DNA of 64,000 nucleotides from Dicyema japonicum (GCA_011109175.1 RDEW01000010.1:789837-853836), one strand, 5' to 3'; counted from the first letter of the stretch, positions 52,433-63,945 are shown. The notes: generated by a model not told the origin, from the sequence alone. Program-made: numbers and translations.

Positions 52433-52720
52433 TATTCAACATCAGTTAGCCAATAGAATTACATAGCCTAATGATTAGTTGGTCAGAAGGTCGTGGCGGT
52501 GGCCCACCCTTATCGCACGTAATGTCTACTTAGCTTCATGATTGATGAAAGCCCTGTCTTCCTTTTTCTCGTGAGCCCTGTCATTGACGAACTGACGAAC
52601 TCAGGAAGCATTGTAAACTAGAAGTTTTGATGCAACCATTTTTATTTGTTATCCGAGTGAATATGCTTGTCTTTCTAATTAGAGTATTGATTTTTTAAAT
52701 TAAGAACTTTCATCACAAGC
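52433..52720 (+). repeat. Unclassified dispersed repeat E, second copy
   Basis: Colinear motif blocks shared with 19310-19560. Confidence 0.5.
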
Positions 52721-53295
52721 AGTGAAAGGAAACTAAAAAGACCAGATCATGACTAGGAGATCCAATAAATGCACGATTATGCTAAAAATAATGAAGCGAT
52801 CGGATGAGCATTATTAACATCAGCACCCTGTCCAATCAAAAATAATATTGGACACCATATTTATTTTTTAAGTATAAATTTTCTGAGAAAAATATTTGAC
52901 TACAAACTACTGTTACAGGAAATGTTAATTTAAATGTCAATGAGACAGCTTTTTTTCTTCTATCATCTTTCCTCTTCGCGATAAGCGATTCTGTTTAGCA
53001 GGGTCAGTGACCTGCTTCCTATGATTCCCGACGTTTTCATGACGACTGGTTCAAAAATGAACTGTCCACTGAAAAGAGAAATGAGCTTGCTTGTGAGCGC
53101 ATTTCCTTGCAAATCGTCCGGGAAAGGCTTTCTCAATTATAAGACCAGCCAGTGATTGCTAACTGTTAGTTTTTGTCTTTAATTGGCTTAATAACAAAAT
53201 TAATCGATGAAAAATTTAAATGTAATTTAATTAAGTTTGAATTTAAATATTTAAATTTGTGACTAATTAAGTTTGAATTTTAATATTTAATTTTT

Positions 53296-53624
53296 GGCCG
53301 GGTGGCTTAGTGGTTAGGTATCGGGCTAAAGTGGCTTATGCTACGGGTTAGAATCTCGCTGCTGTTCATCTGGTGGAAGGTTCCACGCATCTACGATGCA
53401 GAAAGGGTTTGACGAGTGACGCCGTCATCAGTGAATAATCACTGCGGAACTGGATTGTCTAGAAAGGACATTCACACAAGAAAAAGAAAAAAGAGAAGTG
53501 AAGATCATTCCTTGGTTCTACGATTAGTTAAAATTAACTGTTCTTTACTTAAATAAAGTGTGTGTCGTGCCTATGCGGAGCTATTAATACTATGGCTCTC
53601 GTGAAAAGGCTATTATTATTATTA
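53296..53624 (+). mobile_element. Full-length tRNA-derived SINE, family A
   Basis: A box TGGCTTAGTGG at 53303-53313, B box-like GGTTAGAATCTC at 53346-53357, hairpin core at 53379-53450, (TAT)n tail at 53611-53624. Confidence 0.88.
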
Positions 53625-54324
53625 CATTTCTGACATTTTTATAGGTAGCACACATCTTTTGTAAAATAACAGAAACTGAAAAATCAGGAAAAAAATTACT
53701 TAAATTAAGGAAATTCATTAAACGTTAAAAATAAAAAAATCTTGGTTAATAAAATGTTAATTTGTGGTATTATTAAGGAAGTTTGAGGCGGCGACGTATT
53801 GTGCAAAATATCAAGTTAGTTTCATTATGTATGAAAGGATTATGTTTTTTCTGCTCGTAACGGACTCGGAAGACACTGGAAATCCGAAAGTCAGAACAAC
53901 AGAAGTGTTGGATTCATAAAGTATTCGGGTTAAATCCAATTCGAATTAAAATTAAAAAAAGCTGAATGATCGTCTATCAGAAGTTGCACGTAGGATGATA
54001 GTTAATATAATGTATGTTGAGAATTCGACTTTATGCCCTTTATATATTTTAAAACGAAAGATCACAGACAAATTAAAAAAGAATACAAGGCCGTCAGGTG
54101 ATCCCGATCTCCTTAAGCAGTTATCTCACCTCTGCTCGGCGTTCGTCCCGAGATTCTACGAGATAAGTCGCATATTTTTAGTTAATGTTTAGTCAGTCCT
54201 ATATTGTTAAATTAGGTTCAAAATATATTTCAAATTACCCATTAGTTTTCAGCGTAGTTTAATAAACAGATAAATATTTCAAATAAATAAAATAATCAGT
54301 TAATTTATCCCCAGTAAAGCATAT

Positions 54325-54750
54325 TTAAAACTGCCATCCATCCAAAGTGGACCCCGCCGACATTATCGACGTTGCGTTGCCTCTCACGATTGCAACAGAG
54401 ATCAACTGGAGTAGCCACCGGGTCTCACGTGCGTCGTGGCTTTTTAGTGTAGCTAAGCGTCCAAGTTTCTTTAGGAAGCGAAGCGATTTTCCACTTATTC
54501 CTCCAGTTGTCTCGACCACTATCGGATAAAACGCGAATCGGTCGCGTAGCGCTTCGTACTTCTCCTTTGCCATCATCGTTTTTTCCGCGGAATACAGTGT
54601 GTCTACCGCGCTCCCGACAATGTTGGACGGGCAAAGCGTGTCGACACAAGTAGCGTCCCAGACCAAAGGTTTCCCCTCTTCGAATAGGAAAATTGTGATC
54701 CCGTCGGGACGTTTTCCGTCTCCTCTGTCCAGACCAACAGGTTCTAGTAT
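54325..54750 (-). mobile_element. CRE-like 3' fragment
   Basis: GLDRGDGKRPDGITIFLFEEGKPLVWDATCVDTL...VETTGG...ISVAIVRGNA. Confidence 0.85.
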
Positions 54751-54794
54751 GGCTGGGTTCTAGTATGGCTGTATAAACAGATTATAATAAGTAT

Positions 54795-54965
54795 CAAGAA
54801 AAAGGATCATTTGCTCTCCCCGCTCCATTGGAAATATTCCCACAACCGCAAGGATTGAACGTTCTCTTCTTTTTCCTCTAGTTGTGGAAGGACTTGAATT
54901 GGATATATTTATTATTTGTTAGCTATTGATTTCTTTTTCGGTGTATCCTGATTTTTTAATAACCC
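54795..54965 (+). mobile_element. SINE-like family B copy (diverged)
   Basis: aaaaaggatcatttgctctccccgctccattgg...ggatatat..gtgtatcc. Confidence 0.65.
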
Positions 54966-55253
54966 TGGAAACTTCCGAAATATTTTTTGTCCAGTTCCCC
55001 CGATCGGAGTGGGATGTATCCTTTCTAAGAATTACGTCTTCTCAAAGTATCCGACATTATGGGAACCCTCCATTGGGGTAAAGAAGAGAAGGATCCTTTT
55101 TGGATGGTGGCCAGGAATTGTTTGTCTTTTAGGCTATGTGGATCCAATAACGCCTAAATTCCAAGTCAAAAATCCTTTAATAAATAATATTCAAAAATTT
55201 CAAAAATTAATATTCATAATTCTTAAAATAATTAAATTAATTAGGCCAATTAA

Positions 55254-56320
55254 ATGTCAAACGTAGTGTCGGTGGAGTTTTGCAAGCCAGATAAATATTT
55301 TCGTGAAAATGTAGGCTACAACATTATAAATTAGGGCAATATTGATGGAATTGTGCTAATTAAGTCATTCTCAGGACTTTCATTCGTCAGTCTAATCATT
55401 GAAATTGAGGGACTTTTCATATACGACGAGGATAATTCCAGAGTGTTTGGGAGAGCCGATAAAGACAGTTCATTGGTTTATTCCCGCATAATCAAAGTCA
55501 TATTGTTTTTTCAGAAAATCAACAGTTATTAACAAAGGAGACCGAGTAAAAGGAGAGAAAACTTACCCTTTTTCTTTCCTCCTGAAGCCTCCTACTCCCG
55601 ATGATGTGCTATATGAGACCTATATGGGAATATGCATGGCTGTTGAGGTTATTAGTAACTTATTGTAGTACAATTTTAAGGTTATTGTAAAACGGTCTAA
55701 ATTTATCCCCAATATAGTACAAAGTGTAACAATCAACTGTATACACTGCGCTAATTCAATAACTAAACTCACTCCCAGTCATTATAATGATGTACTGACT
55801 CCCAAAAATATGCAAAGTCAGCAATTTTCAGTAAACCTATGGTATCTTCATTCTAGGGTCAATTATGGTTTGAAATAGAACTGACGGTTGATTCCTTTAA
55901 TCATTCTCTCACAAAGCCACTTGTTGGTGAGGTTTGTTACCATAATTAAGCTGAGGTCACTATTCTTAAAACATCAATGCCTCTTCAGTCAATTGAAGTG
56001 TTTGTAATTCGAAGTGAGACTGTTGAGATTGACATCTCTGTATCTGATAAGGGTACCAATGTTTAGTTATTTTTCAGAAAGTATACTGATGAGTAATGTT
56101 ATTGCCAGTGGTAATGTTCTCACTAATTGTTCAATACCATTTACATATTTTTTCCCACGTTTTTTGTGTATTTCAAATTCTAATAATTCATTATTTTCCA
56201 TTGGTTTGATTTTATTTTATTTTAGATTATTTCGTCGTTTTACATGTTAAAGTCGTTAATATTATTTCACTAAAAAATTTCCAATTCTGTTTTTTAATGA
56301 CAAATAATATATTTTTATTG
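55254..56320 (+). CDS. VPS26C: Retriever subunit VPS26C (DSCR3)
   Basis: Spliced: MSNVVSVEFCKPDKYFREN-GNIDGIVLIKS...IIEIEG...LPF.F...VLYETYMG...KPLVGE...LQSIEVFVIRSET...IASGNV..NCSIPFTYFFPRF. Matches recalled DSCR3 motifs LYETYHG, PLTGEL, VELQLVRVET, ADGDV...PIYMVFPR. Missed by the ORF track because of tiny introns. 3' end approximate. Confidence 0.8.
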
Positions 56321-56399
56321 CTTTGTTGTTTTATTAGAAATTTAAATGGTGATATCACTAGAATGCGTAAATAGAGATCTCAATAAAAAAGTTATATCC

Positions 56400-56800
56400 T
56401 TCCCGTCGCTTGTGCCATCTCTCCGGATGATCCGGTCTATTAGACTCCTCCACGCTCTTTTTGAGATTGCTATTTTTCGGAGGCTGTCTAGATCTTATGC
56501 GTCTTCTATGTCCATTTTAACATGTTTTATATCGATTTTCATTATTGAGGGCAAGTTTGTTCGTGGCTTTTATCTTAAAGTCCCTGAGCAGAGGAAGCAT
56601 GATCCCATAATATCGTATGCAGGAAAGTGTCCAAATAATCCTTAATATGTGTCCAAATAATCCGCATAAGGTATTAGTAATAATTGTATCCAATTGCTTC
56701 GATTTACAAAGTGTGTATAGGTCTTGGTTTTTGATAACCACTATTTCTCCAGGGTGTGTTTTAGACATACGTGCAATTGAGGGACGTCACCACCTCATCC
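56400..56800 (-). mobile_element. RTE-like C-terminal fragment
   Basis: IKNQDLYTLC..KQL..II...L.GLFGHILR. Confidence 0.55.
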
Positions 56801-57099
56801 AAAAATAGAGATTAGCTAACCTATAAATGACAGGGCACTGAAAGTCTTTACTGGAACCCATCTATGAAAAAGGTAGTTATGGGGACACCTCCAGTGGAGT
56901 GGGGTCTATTAAAAATCACCAATTTAATATTTTCCTATTATATTTATCCCCGATAATTACATAACTGGTGAATTCGATAGACCACGTGGGCGAGTCACAA
57001 GATAGATGAGGTCTAAATTTTGATATTCTATACTAATGTTAAAATGAGATTTTGGGATTACTTCTGTGACATGATGTCAGAATTTTATGACCGAAACCC

Positions 57100-57460
57100 T
57101 AAATTTCTTGCGTTTGTAAATTTTTGCATCCCTTAATCATTAATTTTGTTTCTTGTCCCAGTATAAGATTAATTTGGATTTTATTTTTCAGACTACTTCA
57201 TAATATGTCTGAAAATGAAGTTTGTGAAAACTTTGGATCTATGCTTTCTTTGAATGGTCCATGCAAATTCTTTCAGTCAGACAATGGGACTAAATTCAAG
57301 AACAATGAAATCAGCAATCTTTGTTAAAAGACAATTGAATATTCAACACCGAATAATCCTCATACACAGGGGACTATTAAACCTTTTTAATCAAACAATA
57401 ACGCGAAAATTGTCAAAAATGCTCGATAAGGGTAAAATGTGGATGATGTATGTCGCGAGC
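57100..57460 (+). mobile_element. Retroviral-type integrase (rve) relic, Ginger/TDD- or gypsy-like
   Basis: GPCKFFQSDNGTKFKNNEISNLC...PHTQG...NQTITRKL. Confidence 0.6.
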
Positions 57461-57879
57461 GCTGAGAGTGATCTATCAAGTCAATCAAAGTCAAAAATAA
57501 GTTCAAAATACGCATACCAGTTTTGTAATTGATTTGACAAGGTTGCAACCAGCTTCTGCAGTAGCCTCCGCCGTAAGATTTTTGATGTGACCGGGCCGCA
57601 AGCCATCGAGATTTAAAAATGCATAATTTTTAGTCAATTTATTTTATTATGCTATATTTTGTATTAGCAAAATGTTATATTTTTTGAATTTTAAAATTTT
57701 CTGGTGATTCTTGTTGTGTAAAGTATAAATAAATAGTAACTTATAGAAATGAAACTATCTGCACATAAAATCCGGTTTTAAACAAAAACAGATTGCTTCT
57801 ATACTGAATGTTTCTCAGCCAACTATTCTAAACAAATAAAAAAGACACCTGAAACCAACATAACAGAACGCCGACAAGG

Positions 57880-58660
57880 CAGTGGCGGTCATAATATTTG
57901 TTCTGAAGAGATTTCAAAATATTTGTTATGAACTTAAGCAAACCCCAAAATGTCATTAAGAAGAATTTCGATTAGAATGAAGAATGATAGAAGCATATCA
58001 ATTAGTCTATGACAATTAGAAGAATATCGAATAATAAAAAATATACGCATACAAACCAATAAAAAAGCCTCAGTTAACATCAAGAATAATAAAATTACGT
58101 TTTGAAGCAGCCTGTAAATGGCTTCAATATTATCAAAAGAAGCTGAATAGTATTATATTTTTAGATGAATGTAAATACAACTTTTTCCACTCACATGAAA
58201 AGCTTTTAGTGTGGCAAAAATGTAATAAGGGGTTAGAACCCAAAAATTTTTCCCTACAGTCAAACATGGTGGTGGTAGTTTGATGGTTTGGGCTTGTTTC
58301 TCATATTATGGTGTCGGTAAATTATTTTTTATTGATGGAATAGATTCAAATATATATATTTTATCAAAAAATTTGTTTTTTTCTGCAGAAAAAATGAAGC
58401 TTTCTGAATTTGTGTTCCACAGGATAACGATCCGAAACACACTGCTAAGCTTACAAAACAATTTTTAAGTGAAAAATGTTAAATTGTTGATTGGACCCCC
58501 AATCTCCTGATTGTAACCCAATAGAGAACTTATGGGAATAATTAAAAATAGCAGAAAGACCGCCTCAAAATTTAAAAGATCTAAAGGTCGAAATTTTGAA
58601 CATTTGGAATGGATTCGATGTGGAAACATGCAAAAAATTATCTCAGTTCTTGACTTTGGC
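57880..58660 (+). mobile_element. Decayed Tc1-like transposon
   Basis: Starts CAGTGG. Motifs IIFLDECKYN, KHGGGSLMVWACFSYYGVGKL, QDNDPKHTAKLTK, PQSPDCNPIENLWG. Confidence 0.8.
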
Positions 58661-58799
58661 CGTGTGAATATTTCTAATCCACAAGCCAATAGGTCGTTCC
58701 TAGAGTTCCTGTTTAAAGAATTTTGAAAAATAAATAAAACTCAAAACTTTACTCTAAGAACAATTACCTGTCCATCTGCACTGTGAATCAAAAATTCTT

Positions 58800-61430
58800 C
58801 CAATTAGAGACCACATCATGATGCCCGGTCTACAAACGCCATTAAGAGTGTATTTGAAAAATTGAATAATTCGTAGGACATTAAAGATGTAATAAAAAAA
58901 TCAAGTGTCCATCTGAGAATACTGGGCGCTCCACAAGTCATTCAGTGTTATCGGTGGTCTTAGTCCGGAAAGGTTTGATTGATGATATCACCAAGATGGT
59001 CAGGTGAGGGAAGCCTAAGCTTGAAATTTAAGAAATTGGGAAACAACTTAGATGTTTAAGATGGATCACACATATTCTGTTCTGATCACAGACACACGAT
59101 TTTTTTAGACTGACGATAATCTCTGAGAATTTTTTGTCCGATAATAATTTCCAGTAAAATAATTATTTCGGTTTAAGGGGATTTACTTTGATCTCCAGGT
59201 CTCTCGAAAGTGAATTAAGTATAATTCTCGCATAGTGTTTCATGAGCATGTTCGGGTGCATCTGCCACTTATTCCTAAAGTGTTTCCCAGTTCCATCTGC
59301 AACTAATCTGTTTCAGCATCTTTCAAAAATTGAGTTCTCGAAGCGGACGATCAATTGCTGACATTTCGGATCTTGGTATTCCTTGGTAAACAATCTAATA
59401 TTTCCCTTGTCCTTCAGACATCTTGAATCTCCTGTATCTCGCAGCTCCTGAATCTTTTCGTTTCAGTTTGCCGTATATGGACTCATAGGAATCCTCTCAG
59501 CCATAAAAGGTTTGAATTGCGGTCGAATAAAAAAGTAATTCACTTTTCATGTAGAGTTTTGCTAGTGATGGGAACATATAGTCAAGTTTGGAGATGTGTA
59601 TGTGTCTCTTCAGTGGGGTTCTCATGTGGACAGGAAGATACTCTCAGTGTGCTCCAGCAGTTGTCGGGTGGTTTGACGGTTAGTAAAAGTGGATGCTTTC
59701 CATTTGGGTCTCTACATATCAGTAAGTATTCCAGTTTGAATATCAATAATGATTGTGGGCTGTAAGCTGGAGGATAGGATCAATGTGGAGGTGTCAAAAA
59801 TGATCAAAATTTGAGAAGAGAATTGCAGTTTTATTGTGATTTGAACAGCAATAGAGTCTGGGTTTTAAAGCTCTAATGTCCGTAATGGATAGAGTGTTTA
59901 TATTGCGGTAAGTAGACCTTCATTATGGTTTATCTCGCTTGGGAAAAAATGTGTTGGAATTGAAGAGAGCTTAGAATAAATTTGAAATGCGAGATCAATG
60001 TGATTTTCTGAAAGAAGAGCTCTGAGCTCGAAGATTTTTATTCTAATTCCATTATCATTTAGTTGTGGAACCGTCAAGTCACCACGCGTTTCATGGTTGG
60101 GTTCAATGACCCCACACATGATAAATAGAGTGGTAAGGTCAATGGTAAGTGACGGACAGCAATGAGCTCAGAGAAAATTGGAGGCACATATGTAGGAGAA
60201 ACCACCCCAGGTAGTAATCCAATAGGGTAGGAAGAAGTTATTGGCTTTTTTAATCTTTTTTTGGATTTTTTGGGCGCCTCATTGGATGAGCCACCTAACA
60301 CCACGCTAACATTTTTGACCTTCTTAACGTCAGTGGCGGTATTTGTCTTTAGATCAGGGATATGGCCACATAGCTTCCCCTCCACATATAAAGATAAATG
60401 CCTTTCTACGGAGATCCACAATCGCATAAGGCTTGTCAGTCAAAGGCAAAGTCAGTTAATTGTGTGAATTGTGTTTTCGAAAGACACAGCACAAACTACG
60501 TGAAATACTTCCTCCAGAAAGTCTGGATAAAGTACTACAAGGAGACGGCGTTTGTCCTTTCCTAGGGCGGTAGTAATGTAAGAACTATCCACTGTATAAT
60601 AAAACGTTGCTGTAACAGTAGTGGTATCACTTTCCTTAACATCCTTAGGGATATCGCCATATGCCACATGGATGAGCATCGTTTTGGTGGGCGTAAAGTC
60701 CTTAAGGGAGGGCCCATTTGGAAAAATATATCTTCTGACCACATTAAAGTTGTCTTTGATACGCATCTAAATTGTATTATTTAGCCCGTTGTTTGCCGCT
60801 AAAATCTTAGAGAGAATAATGTACCGACGGCTAGCACAGGGGTGCATAATAAAAAGACACCCTTTCGGACCTTTAGATGAGGCTATGTGAAGGAAGATGT
60901 TGTAGTTAATGCCTCTGAAGATCGAGCTCTTAAATTTGTCATCAGTTTACAATGAAACATCGCATCGTGGCTCTGTTCTTTGATATGAAAATGGAGTTCG
61001 ACTCGGCTTCTTTTGCGCCATCGGTGAAGCGAGAATCTTTCTAGAACTAAAAAGCTGGATCTCTCTTAGAATAAAGGTTACGGATCTACTATCTGTCGTC
61101 GTTCCCTTGCCCAGACACTGTGAGGACTGAAATGATTATCTATGAGTATGATATCGTAATTTGAGATCACTTGTGGAGACCAGATGTAGCTTGTCTGAAG
61201 ATGCAAGACGTCGTGGATGTGATCACACGCAACTGAGATAATAAAATTCACAGATTGAGACCTAAGAAATGTGTCTTAAATCCCCTTGACTGATGAGGAT
61301 TCCCTACTGACTCGTTATCCCACCATTTCCCGACCTAAGTTCTCAATACGCACTACTAATGTACACAAAATAAGCCTATCTACGCGTTGTCATAGTAACA
61401 AAAATTATTAAATTTCCGCCACATTGTGTT
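58800..61430 (-). CDS. Unidentified multi-exon protein-coding gene (possibly two genes)
   Basis: Consecutive open minus-strand segments separated by 20-30 nt GT-AG gaps (VGKWWDNESVG...VACDHIHDVLHLQTSYIWSPQ..., ORFs 60452-60766, 60074-60427, 59898-60119). No family recognised and boundaries uncertain. Confidence 0.5.
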
Positions 61431-61599
61431 GCTATAACAACAGAAATTATTAAATCGACTTTTAGAAAAGCATACAAAATCTAATAACAAAACTAAAAAA
61501 GCATAAAAATAATCTTTATTATAAATTTAATAATAATCATAATAATATGGATCATAGTAGAAGGGGGCATACCAGTCATTATAAGCCCAATAATCAAAG

Positions 61600-61998
61600 T
61601 CAGATTTTTTCATAAATTACGTCGGTGTTGTACATTGGGGGATAAATTTGCTCCACTCTTCCAAACATTGCATCAAAATTATCATTTACTCTTTCAAAAT
61701 AAGGATTTAAGTCAACCATTTCTTTTATCCCTTCATTTCGTGGATTAACAGAGTCGACAATAAATTGATATGTGTTTTTTCTGACTCTCTTCAGAATTGC
61801 GGGGTCATTATAATATGTTCTAAGGGACCTGCTTAGTTTGTCCACATTCATTGTTGGGTTTGACTTTTCTATTCCCCACAATCTGGATAATTCATTGATG
61901 TTTGCTATTTCAAATGTATTAAGTGCTACCCATTCCACACAGGGATTGTTTTCTGATAATAATCTGTGAATAAATTTGTGAAGTAGAGACTTAACCAT
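61600..61998 (-). CDS. Minimal intronless ETS-domain transcription factor (132 aa)
   Basis: LHKFIHRLL...VEW...FEI.N.NELSRLWGIEKSNPTMNVDKLSRSLRTYY...LKRV...YQF. Confidence 0.85.
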   Translation of the reverse strand: MVKSLLHKFIHRLLSENNPCVEWVALNTFEIANINELSRLWGIEKSNPTMNVDKLSRSLRTYYNDPAILKRVRKNTYQFIVDSVNPRNEGIKEMVDLNPYFERVNDNFDAMFGRVEQIYPPMYNTDVIYEKI

Positions 61999-62136
61999 AA
62001 CCGCAAAATCAATAAATCGATAATCTAAACATTTATTTAATTATTAAATAATTTAATTAATTTAATTAAATATTATAATATTAATTTAACATAGTTTTTA
62101 TTTTTTTAATAAAATAATTTTTTAACAAAGAAACAA

Positions 62137-62470
62137 ATGTCAGTTCGGTTTAAGGGGATTTACTTTGATCTTTTGCGACTGGACGTAGATGCCCCCGCGA
62201 ACGTAGCCATGGAGGATTACTTCATGTTGGAGGCCCCCCGTTTCAGTGGTCGCCCAAGGACGACACTGGCAGTCGTTCTCGACGAGAACCTCAAAGAAAT
62301 GGGACGGCATCTTGGAAGTGGAGAGGATCTTGACTGGTTGCGCACCGCGGCTTTGAATAGGAGGAAGTGGATGAAACTAACCAGTGATTTGCTAACTCGT
62401 GCTGCACATGCTTTGTCAAGTTTTATGACATAGCGATAAGTGCTTATAATAATAATAATAATAATAATAA
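62137..62470 (+). mobile_element. RTE-like 3' fragment with (TAA)n tail
   Basis: PANVAMEDYF...FSGRPRTTL..VLDE.L...DLDWLR..A.NRRKW, then (taa)n at 62448-62470. Confidence 0.75.
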
Positions 62471-63440
62471 TGCCAGTTGAGGAAGCCTGCTGCGTGGATT
62501 GCGAACGAGTTCCCTCGGAGTATGGCTATTCCAATCTTTTGTCTTAGCCATAACCCTTCTCGTTGATCCTTTTTTTTCTGGCAAGTATTCCTCCGAGTTC
62601 TCGCAAAAACTCAGCCTTTCTTGGACCAACGGCTCCCGATGATTCGGTCGCAACAGGAGTAAATCGGTAGCGGTCCCCGAGGCAATAATATTTCTTGATT
62701 TTTGGGTTCTCCCTAGTCGAAGCAGCTGCTCCAGGTGTCTGAACCAATTTGAAAATATTCGTGCTTGAGAACATGTCTACACAAGTTGCGTCCCAGACCA
62801 AAGATCTTCCAGACGTGAAGGGGAAAAGGGTCATCCCGTCAGGTCTCTTTCCATCTCCTCGATCAAAACCCACTGGTTCAAGCTTTGCTGGAAGCCTGTT
62901 GTCTTCAGAGCTCTGACGATCATCGTTCAAAGCAGCATGACGTGGTCCTCTTCTGGCGCTTCTTCTGCAGGACAGAGGGTGCAATTCCTTCGCATCGACT
63001 GTTTTCCCGCATCGGAATCGGTGCTCCTGGCAAACGTCTACTCCCAGCCTTTGTCCGATTCCAATCCTCAAAGAATCGTCGTCCAAAAAGGTCCCGAGGT
63101 TTGGCCAAGGTATTGCACCAAGCCATGCTCCACTCCCTCCATTTGGAGCTGACACCAAACAAGCCAGACGATGTTGATTTGCTTCTTTTTTAAGGTCTTT
63201 CAAAATTTTGTGCAGACAATGTTATCCCTATTACTTTGTTTTGTTGTGTCTTCGGGGATTTTGAGTCCAGACCCGTTCCATTTCCTACAAGCTTCGGACA
63301 AGCTTCGTCAAATGACTCATTCCAGCGAAGTCCAAAAGTGTTATGAAGGACTTGCCGTGTCAAATGGCTGCAGCTTGCCGGGTACGCAACCTCCAGCGCC
63401 GATCTTAGACCGACACCCTCAAATCCAGAGGAAAGCTTAA
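62470..63440 (-). mobile_element. CRE-like 3' kilobase
   Basis: GAWLGAIP..NLGTFLDDDSLRIG, KRPDGMTLFPF..GRSLVWDATCVD, ATESSGAVG. Confidence 0.85.
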
Positions 63441-63759
63441 CACCAACTGGTATGTGATCTAACTAATTATGACGCCTCTGTCTGCTGTCTACAAGAGACA
63501 AAAATGACGGTACAATGTAAGAACTGTTAGAAAATTCCACCTTTTTATCCTCCCGTCAACCTGCCAACATTATGGTCTCGGATTTGCAGTCCATCAGGAC
63601 CTGATTCACTACGTTACAAGGGTGTGGACAGCATCTGATATTATAATGGAAATGGCGGACGATCTGGACTACCTAAGATAACTAGTGCGCAACAGAAAAT
63701 CATGGTCGAAGCTAACGGAAAGGATGGTTCGGAATACAAATAAGACATAGTGCAATAGA

Positions 63760-63945
63760 CTTATTATTATTACCCCCAGGATCACTGGGTCAAAGAGAAA
63801 GAAATAAAAGTTCTCATCTAACTAAGTGATCCAGACCGACAAAGGTGAGGACGAGTCCGGCGGGGTCGAGAATCCTGAACATCTCTTCTCATTGGACATG
63901 GCATCGGCTCAAAATTTCTGTATGATTGTAGATAATTCGATAGTA
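63760..63945 (-). mobile_element. LINE 3' end (family D), second copy
   Basis: Near-identical to 31217-31402. Confidence 0.75.

Noticed and set aside
53296-53365. Functional tRNA gene
   Set aside because: The acceptor and anticodon stems do not pair cleanly, and the sequence continues into a dispersed repeat body with a (TAT)n tail.
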